From Paecilomyces variotii (lineage: Eukaryota): a stretch of 64,000 nucleotides of DNA. Made by a program: the position numbers and the translations under genes. The DNA lies in assembly GCA_004022145.1 (NCBI GenBank), contig RCNU01000001.1; one strand, 5' to 3'. The notes below the pieces were generated by a model. The model was not told where the DNA came from, searched no databases, and saw only the letters and a list, made by a program, of their open reading frames with translations. This document shows positions 38,294 to 50,940 of this stretch, in pieces (position 1 is the stretch's first letter; every line of letters starts with the position of its first letter).

Positions 38294-40526
38294 ATGTCCG
38301 CAAGCGTTGCAACGATCTTCCATATGTGACTGGGTGTGGGGAAGATGGCAGGTATCCTGTGGATAGCCCACAATACGATCATGTAGGCACTGGTAAGGAT
38401 AGACCCATAAAATCACCAGAGACCCCCTAGTTCAACGTTAGAGGAAAAGGAGCACGAGAGCCCTGTGAGCCAGGAACATGCCGAGTTGGCAAGGGAAGGT
38501 CGAGGAGTTTTTGATATCGATGAGAGACCCACTAATAAATTGAGCGCTGTTTTCGAGAACCCCCTAGCCGGTGTACCTCGCGAGCGATTATTCGAGGACG
38601 TGGAGAAATTCTGTAAACAGTTTGGTCTTGAAGAACATGTCGAAACCTTTCAGAAGGGTGCTCTTGTCTCGCAGAATCCGTCAGGGGCGCAAGACCTCGT
38701 GGAGCTGTCACAGGAGGAAAAAGAATTCCTGCGCCGAGAATATACAAACAAATGGTCGCAGCCATGGCAACTTTATTTTATGGCCGGTAAGTGCGAAGCA
38801 GGTTCTTTAAGAAAACCTATTGTCTGACAATGCGGGTTATAGCTATGTGCTCATTAGCTGCTGCGGTGCAAGGAATGGACGAGACTGTCAATAACGGAGC
38901 CCAAGCAATTTATCTCAAGGCATGTACCGGCCAAATGTGTGGACACGAATATAGACGTGCATCGCTAACAATGGATAGAGACTGAACGTCACTACCGAGC
39001 GATTTTCGAAGAACATGGTTGATAGTCTAACTGGCCTCATCGTGGGAGCTCCATACCTTGCTTGCGCAGTGCTGGGTTGCTGGCTTACGGAACCTCTGAA
39101 TAGATATTTCGCCCGGCGTGGAACAATATTTATATCTTGTGCCATAGCCGCGGTGGCTTCTATTTGGGAAGGTGTGGCCAACTCATGGGTGAATCTCTTC
39201 ATAGCTCGTTTCGTCCTTGGTCTCGGAATCGGCTCGAAGTCATCCACAGTACCAGTATACGCAGCAGAATGCTCCCCTCCGCCTATTAGAGGAGCCCTGG
39301 TCATGATGTGGCGGATGTGGACTGCTTTCGGTATTATGCTTGGGAACATCATGGGTGTGGCATTCATGAGTCTCTCTGATGATCTCTCATGGCGTCTTAT
39401 GTTGGGTTCCACCGTGGTTCTGCCCGTAATCGTCTGCGCCCAAGTTTACTTCTGTCCTGAGTCTCCCAGATGGCTTATCGAACATGGCAAGATCAACAAA
39501 GCCTTCCAGTCGTTCCGAGTGTTAAGAAACAGTGATATCGAAGCTGCGCGTGACCTCTATTATGCGTATGTTGGCGTTGAGCTTGAGAAGAATGTCAACA
39601 AGGGCAAGAACTTTTTCACCATGTTTATGGAGCTGTTCACAGTTCCCCGCAACGCTCGTGCGACATTAGCCAGCTGGATCGTCATGTTCATGCAGCAGTT
39701 CTGTGGAGTAAACGTGATCGCGTACTACAGCACTACTATTGAATGTGATGATGTTATATATAACTTCAACAAAAAGCTTTTTGTGCAAGTTATATGAAGC
39801 ATCATCACATTTGTCAGTCGGGATATAGCATCCAATCGGCACTCCTGGCCTCAATGGGGACTGGCATACTCAACTGGGTCTTTGCCCTTCCGGCATTTTT
39901 CACTATTGACACCTGGGGACGGCGCAATCTGCTACTGTTCACTTTCCCCTTCCTTGCGATCACCTTGTTCTGGGCTGGCTTCTCCTTCTGAATCGAGGAG
40001 GGTATACGATATAGCAAGAAGAGACTCGCCATGGTCACGACGGGAATGTATTTATTCGAGGTGTTTTACTCACCGGGAGAAGGGCCCGTACCATTTACAT
40101 ATTCAGCCGAAGCCTTTCCACTACACGTCCGGGAGGTAGGCATGTCATGGGCCACAGCCACGACTTGGTGCTTCAATTTCGTCCTATCATTCACGTGGCC
40201 CCATCTTGTGAATGCGTTCCAACCTCAGGGAGCGTTTGGATGGTACGCTGCCTGGTGTATTGTGGGATGGTTCCTTGTGCTGCTGTTCGTCCCAGAGACG
40301 AAAGGTCTGTTCCTCCTTGCCTTAAATTGTGGTATGGAAGTTGCTGACTATTTTTGCAGCTCTCACTTTGGAGGAATTGGACCAGGTATTCTCTGTCCCT
40401 ACAAGCAAGCATGCCGCCTATCAGGTTAGAAATGCAATCTGGCACTTCCGTGTTTGGGCCCTTCGTCAGAAGCTTGAACCTCTACCTCCATTCTATCAAG
40501 GTGCAGAGAATCTCAATGATTCATGA
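38294..40526 (+). pseudogene. MFS sugar (myo-inositol/polyol-type) transporter pseudogene
   Basis: Sugar-porter motifs (VQGMDETVNNGAQ, PVYAAECSPPPIRG, PESPRWL, QQFCGVNVIAYYS, DTWGRR, GEGPVPFTYSAEAFP, VPETK). Lesions: probable frameshift in the C-run ~38423-27, palindromic insertion 39741-39811, premature TGA at 39989. True start not resolved. Confidence 0.85.
39742..39811. mobile_element. 70-bp palindromic (hairpin/MITE-like) insertion
   Basis: Two 35-bp arms centred on AAGCTT, 30/35 complementary, interrupting the conserved YYSTTI..QSGYS segment; no splice signals. Confidence 0.7.
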
Positions 40527-41058
40527 GAACATTTTCTCTCAGCTTCCTTTATTCGTGAGTCTTTCAGGAGGTATATCTGGTGCCGAGTCTCGTCAGGTGC
40601 CTCTCTTACAGCGTCCATCGCTACTCCAAGGTTATGAATGCTTGGGTCGGCCATAATATATTGAGTTGCAGTATTCATGTTTATATGTTATCAAGTATCT
40701 ATCTAACCTGCTCGTTAACTGAATATCTTTGGCAAGTGCAATGCCGTTGCTATCATGTCTGTGATTACTTATGACGATGGTCGTCGATATTCTCCTCCAA
40801 TCTAAGGAACACATCATGCAGTTCAAGAAAATACGTTTCTATCCTGGTACTAGCCGTAAATATTGCAGAGACAGGGATTCATGGTTTAACTCGCCTCTAG
40901 CAGAAATATTTCCGGCAATGCTACACGGAGTTGCATAAGAGAAGTAGGGGCACACATACAATCCAAATATAAGCATACAGAGTAGAGAGTGTTACATATG
41001 GTGAATAGTTTGCTCAAGATGTTGATCAACTTCGAGTAAGACGCATCCATTATCTGAT

Positions 41059-41809
41059 TTAGTAGATCCGCTTTCCCAGGACGTAGCCATAGGAGATCGT
41101 CGCCAGAATAGCGGCAAGATTGACAAGAGTCGAGTAGCCATGAAGCTTTCCGAATCTCTTGTTGAGAGCAAGCATCTCCTTGGAGTGAGGAGCGGGATCG
41201 TAGCTCTTCTTGCCATCTATAGCCTCTGCAAGATAAGAAGTCAGCTGATTACTTGAAGTAAAGAAGGACTGCTATGTCAGAATATAAGCTAACCTTGCTT
41301 CTTTCTTTCCTCCATGATCTTGACGGTTTGCGGTCCAAGGAATGCCAGATTCGTCAGTCCGGTAATGAACACCGTCGCAAGAGGCAGCAAGGTCGACAGC
41401 CGATTTTCGGGGGCTAGCACTCCAGCAAGACTAGAAGGTCCATTCCCGAGCAAAGTTTTCTCTCCGGGGTACGTGAGAGCAGCTACAACTGGAAGTGCCG
41501 TCTGCAGAGAGAAATAGATGGGGAAGATATGGCTCTGCAGTAGGGAGAACTGCGGACGCGGGAGGACCCTGAAGGAGACGATGCCGCCAATGAAGGACTG
41601 CGTGGATTGTCAGACAGACTATATCAGACAACTCATATATTGGGTCCAGATGTATTTACCTGGAAGACCTCCACTCCCAGGAGGGTGCCATAGCTGTAAT
41701 TATAGTTAGCATGGACGTTCTCGATAAACCATAGGTTACGCGGATAACCGATGTGCATTAAGCACGGGGAAACTGACCTTAGAATATGGAAGGGTCCGAG
41801 ATCGACCAT
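41059..41809 (-). CDS. TMEM205/DUF4149 membrane protein
   Basis: Not in the ORF track. Hand-spliced four exons: MVDLGPFHILS|YGTLLGVEVFQ|SFIGGIVSFRVLPRPQFSLLQSHIFPIYFSLQ..GPQTVKIMEERKKQ|EAIDGKKSYDPAPHSKEMLALNKRFGKLHGYS..KRIY*. Confidence 0.88.
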
Positions 41810-42463
41810 CGTGAAGAATTCTGACTAAGGCCTGTCTTCTTATTCTTCGTTGATCCTGCTATTTGTGAATAGTATAGAGGATGTAGTTTAGATGCTGAAG
41901 CAGAACTATCCTGAAGCGATGGAGCTCGGATCGAGTGAGGTCAGTCATGTTTGGGCTCGGTGGGGCTGCCGGCGAATGGAGTTGATTGGAGTTAATTGCC
42001 ACGTCCTCGGTGATTGGTATGACCACCGCGGTCCCTACGATGATGTTAAGTAGCAAGCCTTGGTTAGCTGTTGCCTGTAAGCTAGTATGTAAACGGGCGA
42101 AGATCAGAGATGCGGTGAGGAATAAGCTTATCTCTATAAATCATAAACTTTTCAATGTTGTGGAGTAGGTGTAATATTTATACTCTTTATACCTATCTAA
42201 TAACATTGCCATTCTAATACCAGTCTAACATTGCAAACTCAGCGGACTGAATCGATCCTACAGGCCAAGATCAAGTTACTGGTAGCTGCATGCATGAAAT
42301 ATCATTGGGCCGTGAGCTTTTCCATCCAACGTATTACAAGGCTTCCACTAAGTACCTAAGTACCTAGGTAGGTAGTTGATATCGCGCTAAAGTAACCCGC
42401 AAAGACCATCTTCCCCGCTTCCGCGAGTGGTAAGACGTTCGAATCATCTCAAACATCACAACC

Positions 42464-43426
42464 ATGGCGAGTAATTTGGCAGAACATATCTCCATCCAGA
42501 GAATCGATAAAAGCCAGTACATCTCCAAAAGTCCTCCACAGCACATCGGAAATGAGGCAACCTTAGCGTATGGAGGATACGCAATTGCGTACGGCATCCA
42601 CTCGGCATGTCAAGAGGCGCCAGACGCGTTCCACTTATACTCTGTACTTGGAAATTATCTTCGGGCTGCGAATACGAAAGAGAAGCTCATATGCAAGACG
42701 ACGGCGCTCCGCAGATCCAAAAGCTTTCTCACCTACCGCATTACAATCGAACAGAAACAGCTCAGTGGTGAAGTCCGGCCGTGCATGGAGCTGCTTGCGG
42801 ATTTTCACAAAGAGGAACCGTCTCTCCTCACCTACTCAGCATCTCCGACTCGGAAATACAGTCACTGGAGGGATTGTATGCCCTGGGAGCAAGTAGTGAT
42901 GCGATGGTCCGATTCCGGCAAGATAACTCAGGCACAGTCTGAAAGCATCCGTCCTAATTTTAAAACCTCAACAACTCTCTACGAGTGCCGTCCCTGTCCC
43001 GAAGGTGTCGCATATCATAATTTGATGGGAATTTTCAAAGACGCCAGGACAAATCAGGAGAAGCTGCCTCCTACGGAAAAGTCCTCGGCTGATTGGGTAC
43101 GCGTGGAACAACCTCTACAGACCGAGGGAGAGCAGATGGCATCTTTAGGTTTTATAATGGATGGAATGCTATCTCTCTTGCCTTTAATACATAACCATCT
43201 GTTTTATGATGATGTTTCTGCTTGTTCAAGTCTTGATTTTGCGCTGAGAATATTCTCTACACGAATCAATGTGAATGATTGGCACTTAAGAGAGGCAATT
43301 GGCCATCATGCCGGTCATGGTCGCTCATACAGCGAGAGCAGAATCTGGGATGAAAAGGGAAATATGATTGCTTCTATGACGCAGCAGTCGATTCTAAGAG
43401 TCCCCGCGCAGACTTCGAAGATATGA
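42464..43426 (+). CDS. Acyl-CoA thioesterase II (TesB/Tes1-like, double hot-dog fold)
   Basis: AYGGYAIA, HLYSVLGNYL, SSLDFALRIF, DWHLRE, GRSYSESRIWDEKGNMIASMTQQSILR; intronless. Confidence 0.88.
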   Translation: MASNLAEHISIQRIDKSQYISKSPPQHIGNEATLAYGGYAIAYGIHSACQEAPDAFHLYSVLGNYLRAANTKEKLICKTTALRRSKSFLTYRITIEQKQLSGEVRPCMELLADFHKEEPSLLTYSASPTRKYSHWRDCMPWEQVVMRWSDSGKITQAQSESIRPNFKTSTTLYECRPCPEGVAYHNLMGIFKDARTNQEKLPPTEKSSADWVRVEQPLQTEGEQMASLGFIMDGMLSLLPLIHNHLFYDDVSACSSLDFALRIFSTRINVNDWHLREAIGHHAGHGRSYSESRIWDEKGNMIASMTQQSILRVPAQTSKI

Positions 43427-43859
43427 TAAGTCCGGAATTCAGGATGTTGCACTTACATGGCTGGAGAAGAGAGAACAAATTGTCAAATTACGGTTCACTG
43501 GCCTTGTACAGGGTCCAGAGAGTGAACTATGTAGTTCAGATATCCCTTGACGACTACTGCATTAATGCAAGGTACATCATTTTAGAGCTTTCGAATAGTA
43601 AATCCACATACCTGGCGATATATCGTTGGGTCTTCAGTCGGTGCTTCGCGGCTTCCGCCATAGAAACGCGCACGGCCCAAGCTTTCCGCAGCCACGCACC
43701 TCAACAACGTGATGTCATGTGCCTTCGCGTCTGGCCTGTGCCCAAAATGGAAATATCGCGCGTCTGCCTGGAGCGACAAGACAAAGAGGTACCGTCTGTC
43801 CTCCTCACAGCATCAATTCCTCACCAGTTTCTCTTAGATGCCATACTTCAACTTCGAAA

Positions 43860-46549
43860 ATGGCGGACAAAGAGGCCACGGTGTACATTGTCGACGTCGG
43901 AAAGTCGATGGGGAGGAAACGCAATGGGAGGGATCTATCTGATCTGGATTGGGCAATGCAATATGTCTGGGACAAGATTACTACGACGGTATGTTCATAT
44001 GAGAGCCCAATATGTTGAATATTTACTGACTACGGGCTTTTTAGGTTGCTACTGGACGGAAAACTGCAACAATTGGTGTTGTTGGTCTAAAGACAGACGG
44101 TCAGCATAGCCCCGAGATTCCGCCGAGGGGGGAGTTCTCATAAGTAACAGGTACCGACAACGAATTGCAAGATGATGAAAACTTCTCGCACATCACAGTG
44201 TTCAAAGAAATTGGACAGTAAGTAGCTATTTCGACATAACACTCATTAACAGTACGACAATTGACTGATAACTTCCAGGGTTCTCATGCCTGACTTGCGC
44301 AACCTACGTGACCAGATCAAACCCAGCAATTCTGACGCAGGAGACGGTGAGTATATTCCGTATATATTCATAATCCAGCAAGTCTGACTCTGAGATAGCT
44401 GTCTCGTCCATCATTTTGGCTATCCAGATGATCAACACGTATACCAAAAAACTGAAGTACAGACGGAAGATCGTCTTGGTCACCAACGGAGAAGGCCCAA
44501 TGAGCAACGAAGGTCTTGAGCAAATCATAAGTAAGATCAAGGAGGATAATATTGAACTAGTAATTCTGTACGTGCACATTTACGAACATGAGATTACTAT
44601 CTAACCACCATACAGCGGTGTCGACTTCGATGACCCTGAATATGGCTTCAAAGAAGAAGACAAAGACCCAGAAAAGGTATGTCTGCTTAATAGCTCTACA
44701 TTCTTATATATACTGACCGATAAAGGCCAAAAATGAAGAACTTCTCAAGAGTATGGCCGAGGACTGCGACGGAGTGTACGGGACGCTAGAACAAGCTATT
44801 TCAGAACTTGACATACCTCGCGTAAAGGTTGTGAGGGGAATACCATCGTTCAAGGGCCAGCTGCGATTAGGAAACCCCGAAGAATATGACTCAGCACTTT
44901 GCATAGACGTTGAGAGATACTACAGAACTTACGTCGCCAGACCGCCGCCCGCCAGCTCGTTCGTGTTTCGTTCAGACCTCACCGCCGATAACACACAAGC
45001 TACTGCAACCGCAGCAGCAGAATTGGCTGCGCGAGAAGGAGAGAACCCATTAACATCTGTGCGAAACGCACGTACTTACCAGGTCACGGACGAGTCTGCA
45101 CCAGGAGGCAAGATTGACGTCGAGCGAGATGACCTGGCTAAAGGTTATGAATACGGAAGAACTGCCGTGCATATCAGCGAGTCCGACGAAAATATCACGA
45201 AGCTGGAGACATATGCTGCTCTCGAAATTATCGGATTCATTCAAAGTGACCACGTATGTCTCCCACTCCTACGTAGGTGTGGCTACTGACTCTGTCTAGT
45301 ATGATCGATTCATGCACATGTCTACGACAAACGTCATAATTGCGCAACGCACAAACGACAAGGCTATTTTGGCACTCTCGTCGTTTATTCATGCTCTTTT
45401 CGAGTTAGATTGCTATGCCGTCGCTAGGCTTGTCACGAAGGATAACAAGGCTCCGCTTATTTCCTTACTGGCTCCTTCGATTGAGGCAGATTATGAGTGT
45501 CTGTTGGAGGTCCAGCTCCCTTTTGCTGAAGACGTACGGTCATATCGATTTCCTCCCTTGGATAAAGTTGTTACCATCTCTGGGAAGGTGGTTACAGAGC
45601 ACCGCTATCTGCCCAATGACGATCTACAGAATGCCATGAGCAAGTATGTAGATAGCATGGAACTGGTCGACAGAGATGAAGATGGGTGAGTTGGATCCTG
45701 AGCACCATCAAGTAAATAAGCTAACAGCGGCATATAGGAACGTAACTGAAACGATGTCTTTCGATGATTCCTTCTCGCCTTTACTGCATCGAATAGACCA
45801 CGCAATCCGATGGCGAGCAATTCACCCGAATGAGCCAGTGCCCCCTCCTCCCGAAAGGTTGACTAAACTCGCTCATCCGCCTGAAGAATTGCAAGAACGA
45901 GCGAAGAAGTACTTGGAGCGACTCGTTTCTGCAGCCGATGTCAAGAAAGGTTCGTGGCACATTACTCAGGCATATGTGTTTCTCGTCTCTGCTACATGAG
46001 CTAACAGTGTATAGTGCCACCGAAAGCTAAAGGACGCAAACGCAACCGCGAGGCTGACAAGCCCCTGTCAGGGCTTGACGTTGATGCGCTGCTCCACAAA
46101 GGGAAGCGAGCCAAGATCTCCCCAGAAAACGCAATCCCAGAATTTAAACAGGCTCTTTCAGCTACAGAAGACATCGAAGCTGTTTCCGGCGTGGTCAAGC
46201 AGATGTCAACTATCATAGAGGATCAGATACGGCACAGCCTTGGCGATGCTAACTATGACCGGGTTATAGAGGAAGTGGGTGTCATGAGAGATGAACTGGT
46301 TGCCTACGAGGAGCCTAAGTTGTACAATGACTTCGCCCGTCAGCTAAAGGACAAGATCCTGAAAGAGGAACTGGGTGGGGATCGACGTGAACTTTGGTGG
46401 CTCATCCGCAGAAGCAAGCTGGGATTGATTGATAAGAGCATGTCAGAGCAATCAGACGTCTCGGAGGAAGAAGCAAAGGAGGCAAGTTTCTTGCTACTCG
46501 ATTCCCTATACGCTCCTGCTAACGGATACAGTTTCTTTCATCGGAGTAA
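43860..46549 (+). CDS. ku80: ATP-dependent DNA helicase II subunit 2 (Ku80)
   Basis: [17 protein letters not shown] vWA start, [39 protein letters not shown]-terminal domain; last intron GC-AG 46482-46531 gives the ending ..EAKEFLSSE*. Confidence 0.96.
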
Positions 46550-46784
46550 TAAATCAATCATTATTCCTGTCACTGCTAATGAAGTATGGATGTTGGTTTA
46601 TTCAATGAATATGGGTCTAGTCAGAAAGCATGCTTCGTGAAACCGCAAATACGCCTTTAGGTACACAATAAGGGTATAATGGACTCTTTAACATGCAATG
46701 AAGAAAACCTTAGACGCCCGCTGAGAAGCTAAGGTTGGAATTCTGAGACGAAGTATAAAACAGTGTCGCGTACCAGGATTTCGA

Positions 46785-47922
46785 TTAAGAAATCTTTCCA
46801 ACCCTTCTTTTGCCAATGTCGATCTTGGATTGTAACCTATTTTGATCCGTCAGTAAGATAAAACCAAGAGTAGACAGTAACGAGGACTGACCTGTCCACG
46901 TCGTCATTTGCCATATCAAGAAGCTCTCTCTGGATATCCAATTCATTGTTGATAGCAATGCCCAGCTCCTTCTGCCTGGCGACAATCTTTCTGAGTTCCT
47001 CGACACTCAAGTCTTGGTCCTCCATAATCTGTTTCTGCAGTTGCAATACCCCCTGGTTATCAAGCTCCCGCGTCCTATCGGTCTCTTTCCCAAGTACTCT
47101 CCCAGAACGAGGCTTCTTGGAGCCCACCAGCGCCTCCTTATCCTGTACGGATGCGACAGCGTTGTCGAGCTTTGTCTTCGTCACCATAGCGTTGTGCAGG
47201 TTCTCTAGCCCATCCTTCTCTTTCTTCGCATTTGCGAGGAGGTCCTTTCTCCTCCTAACCTCTCCATCACCAATGCTGTTCCCTCCCCATGCACCCTTAT
47301 CACTGATGTTCTTCAGCCCCTGCTCTAGAGCTCCGATCAAGGATCCAGCCTTAACGAGGCACGTCTTCGCCTGCGCTGAGCTCTCATGCTGCTTCTGCGG
47401 TGTTGTTGCCTGATCCCGTCTTGTCAGATGAAGTCGTGCATCGTGCAGATGCGACTTCAACTCTCTGTAGCAGTCTAGCCAAAGAGTCGGATCCGTTATG
47501 GGGGCGCCTGCACTACCTGGTTCTGTGATGGCCGCGTGGAGTTTCGAGGCGCCCGAACCGGTTGTGCTGGCAGCTGCGGTGGGAAGATTCAAGAAGGCTC
47601 TCCAGACACTGGAGTTGCGCCATCTGGAGTCTTCGGCTTCGTTGATGACACGCAGATAATTCTCGAGGCCTTTCCGTCTCTCTTCTCGCAAGTCAGGGTT
47701 CTTGTTTGTGCTCCGGAACCAGGACTTGCCAGGGAGCGCCGCTGGCGGCGCAGAACCGACCTGGCTGACCAGAGCTTCGTGGAAGGCCGCAAATTCAGAG
47801 TAGCGCTTTTGAACTGTAAATGAGCGTAGCGGCAAGCGAAGGGTGATGTTATAGATCGTGTATGGGTCAGGACCCTCGGAGATCGTCGTGGTCGGTATCG
47901 ATATCTCGACCTTCGGGGCCAT
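46785..47922 (-). CDS. VAM7: Vacuolar SNARE Vam7 (PX domain plus Qc-SNARE)
   Basis: PX domain (VQKRYSEF, LPGKSWF, ERRKGLENYL) and ETDRTRELDNQGVLQLQKQ..QD SNARE helix; short last exon after an intron ~46891-46838. Confidence 0.92.
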
Positions 47923-48272
47923 GGTGGATTATGGGCGGGGAAAACAAGGATAGAGATCAAAAAGAATTGTTTCACTGGCCATATATGGCCCAGGCTCCAA
48001 TTTATGCGTGGTCAAGGAGATACTCTGGGAGATACTCCGCGGCTTTGCTCTCGAGACGCAGGGAGGTTGATCACTCGAGCTCCGACATTTAACTACTTAG
48101 ACGGCTGACATGACGCAGTCCGGAAGCTTAAGTATCCACCGTTCTCGCTCCCCGCTTAAGGACTCTAAACCCAGGAGGATCTTAATAGTAGATTAAACCA
48201 CCATCTATCTCCTCATGACCTCCAAGGTCACTTCGCAGTTTCTTCACGGCACTTCCATCTGCCATTTCTGAG

Positions 48273-50517
48273 ATGGCATCCGATCAGGAGTTGTGCGTCG
48301 TCGAGCCACGTCCTGTGACCCCCGATCAGGCAATATCTCAACCGGATTCTCCGGACTTTGTTTCTTCGATTCCGCCGCAGGCGAGGCAAGATGCAATCCA
48401 TTTAACGCCTTATTCACGGCCCCCTGAGTACGGCCCCAGAGAGAACAATACTGATCCAACGCACGACGACCCATCATGGACTGGTGAAGATCTGCGGTCG
48501 TCGTCCTCGCATTCTCTCCTGCCCGATAAGAATGCGATAGACGGACGACGGAAACTATTGTTGATCTATATCCATGGCTTCATGGGTGCAGAGATTAGCT
48601 TCAAGAGTTTTCCCGCACATGTGCATGGAATCCTAAAGGATTCTTTAAGTGAAACTCATGTGGTGCATTCTAAAATCTATCCTCGGTACAAATCTCGCGG
48701 AACCATGAGCATTGCCCGCGATGCATTTAGCTATTGGTTCGTCCCCACAGGTCTCCTTGCATTTGATGTACAATAAAAACAACAAGAACCATGCTGAACA
48801 TTAATGCAGGCTGTCACCTCATGAATCAGAAGACACAGATGTCATTTTGCTCGGTCATAGTCTGGGCGGTATCCTGGCTACAGAGGCTGCTCTATTGCCC
48901 TCTTCTTGGTCAGGGAGTAACGAAATGTTCCAGCATCGCATTCTAGGCGTTGTTAACTTCGATGTCCCATTTCTTGGAATGCACCCAGGCGTGGTGAGCG
49001 CCGGTCTGGGGAGTCTATTCCGCCCAAAAGCAAAGTCTCCAGACTCTCAGTCAGGGAATAATAATAATACTACAGAGGGCATAACAGACACGCTTGCAGC
49101 GACAAGTTTACAGGGTTCATCATCATCATCTTCTTCTTCTATCCCCATTGATAGTAATTTTGATGCACCATTCGCCAACGACGTCCGTCTAAAAGAACGG
49201 GGCCAACTGGACGGGGCGCTTCATTTTATCATGAAACATTCAGATCGTCTAGCAAGAGCTACTAAGGAATACGTAACATCTCATCTAGAATTCGGGGGCT
49301 GCCTTGCAGACTACCCTGCGCTTAGAGATCGATACAGGCGGATCCGAGCACTTGAGGATGTCGACGAATACGCGCGCAAGAAGGATGCTCATGGTCGTCC
49401 TCTACGACGTATCAGATTCGTCAATTACTACACCGCGAGTACCGGATATATAAAGCCTACTGTTGCCGCAAATAATGAACAAAATGGCGTGTCTAATGTC
49501 GAACCTATTACGGTTGCAACATCAGAAGCGCGAATAGCAACATCGAACAATGCTACCAGACAGTCTACAACGCCGTCGAGCGACTTGAATTCATCCACAG
49601 AACCAACTTCTCAGTTTAGTCCAGCAGATTCTCCTCCAGACTATGAGACCAGCCAAGCCCATCATCAATTATCCATAGACTCCAATCTCTTACAAGAGAA
49701 CACCGAACAGCAAACTCCAAGCACCTTCTCTGAAGGGCCAAAAATGGAAAACAAGCCAGAAACTACAACGAACGACCTATCTCCTCAGAATACGACATCA
49801 TCCGCACCCTTTGCAGAGTCAGTATCCTCACTGCCATCGTTACTTCCTCTTCCAGAGGAGCCTGCTGCCTTCGACCCCTCTCAATACACGGATAAGGACA
49901 CATTGAAGTTAGCGCAAAAAGAACACTCTCGACAGGTCAAGGCTTACGAACGTGCGAAGAAAGACCGGGAGAAGGCCATGAAAGATCGCGAGAAGCTAAT
50001 CAAAAAGAGAGAAAAGGCCGCTGCCAAAGAAGCTGCCAAAGACACCTCCTCCCAGCGGCAAGTCACTCAGAAGACTGAAAGTATTGTCGTGCAGGAGACT
50101 ACTGTCCAAACTCCTCCGGGGAGACCCCCGCCGCTCCCTCCTCGAGAGTCGAGTACATCAATAACGACAACATCCGCTGCTAGCTTTTCGAAACAGCCAA
50201 ATCTAGACACTACAACCGATGCCAACAACAAAAGTCCTCCGGCACTCCCACCCCGACAAGGCGAGGCAAGCAAGCCCAAGAAAGACAGAAAATTCTGCAC
50301 TCTCCCATCAAAAGGTCCCGACGGCACTCGGGATCCCCTATGGGTTAGAGTATACATGGAGGGCATTGACGAAGTCGCGGCGCATCAGTCGTTGTTCATC
50401 CCGAATAATGACTACTATGAGAAACTCGTCGGCGATACTGCAGCCAGAATCCAGGAGTGGGTACAAGAGGCTCAGACGACGAGAATGGTGTTGAGCGAGA
50501 TAGAGGGGCTTGATTGA
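48273..50517 (+). CDS. DUF676-like alpha/beta-hydrolase (putative serine esterase)
   Basis: LLLIYIHGFMG, GHSLGG nucleophile elbow, FDVPFLGMHPG, RFVNYYTASTG, DEVAAHQSLF; one intron; low-complexity insert. Confidence 0.85.
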
Positions 50518-50940
50518 TGTGTTAACAGCTCTTACTACGGCTTTTCTATTTGAGGACACATAGGGAGGGGTCATCCTTGATGAACTGCATATACGGGTTC
50601 TATGATGACAGTGAAGACTCATTAACATGATATAACAAGGCTATGCCGATGCAGCCTTGGATGTGCAGTCTAGCATACCTGCAATAGATCTCTCGTTGCT
50701 GAATCGAATCGCATGACTAAGACCTATTCTGGTTTATCCTAAGCTTTTCCTATGGTTGTAGGAACAACCTGGATTTAAGGCCAATACACAACGTATCACA
50801 GATCGATATCATCAAAGCTATTAGGGGGTATCTGTTATTGATAAGAATAATTATGCTAAGCATCATGTAACAATGCAGTGGCTTATCCATTATAAGCATA
50901 CAATGCCTGTTTAGTCAAAGCTCTAAATATCCAACTGGCT

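Noticed and set aside
39745-39817. Reading the transporter palindrome as an intron (GTGATG..CAG)
   Set aside because: No branch consensus, and removal does not restore the reading frame.
43423-44109. 228-aa ORF overlapping the ku80 promoter and first exons
   Set aside because: No recognisable domain; shadow ORF in a different frame over the real ku80 start.
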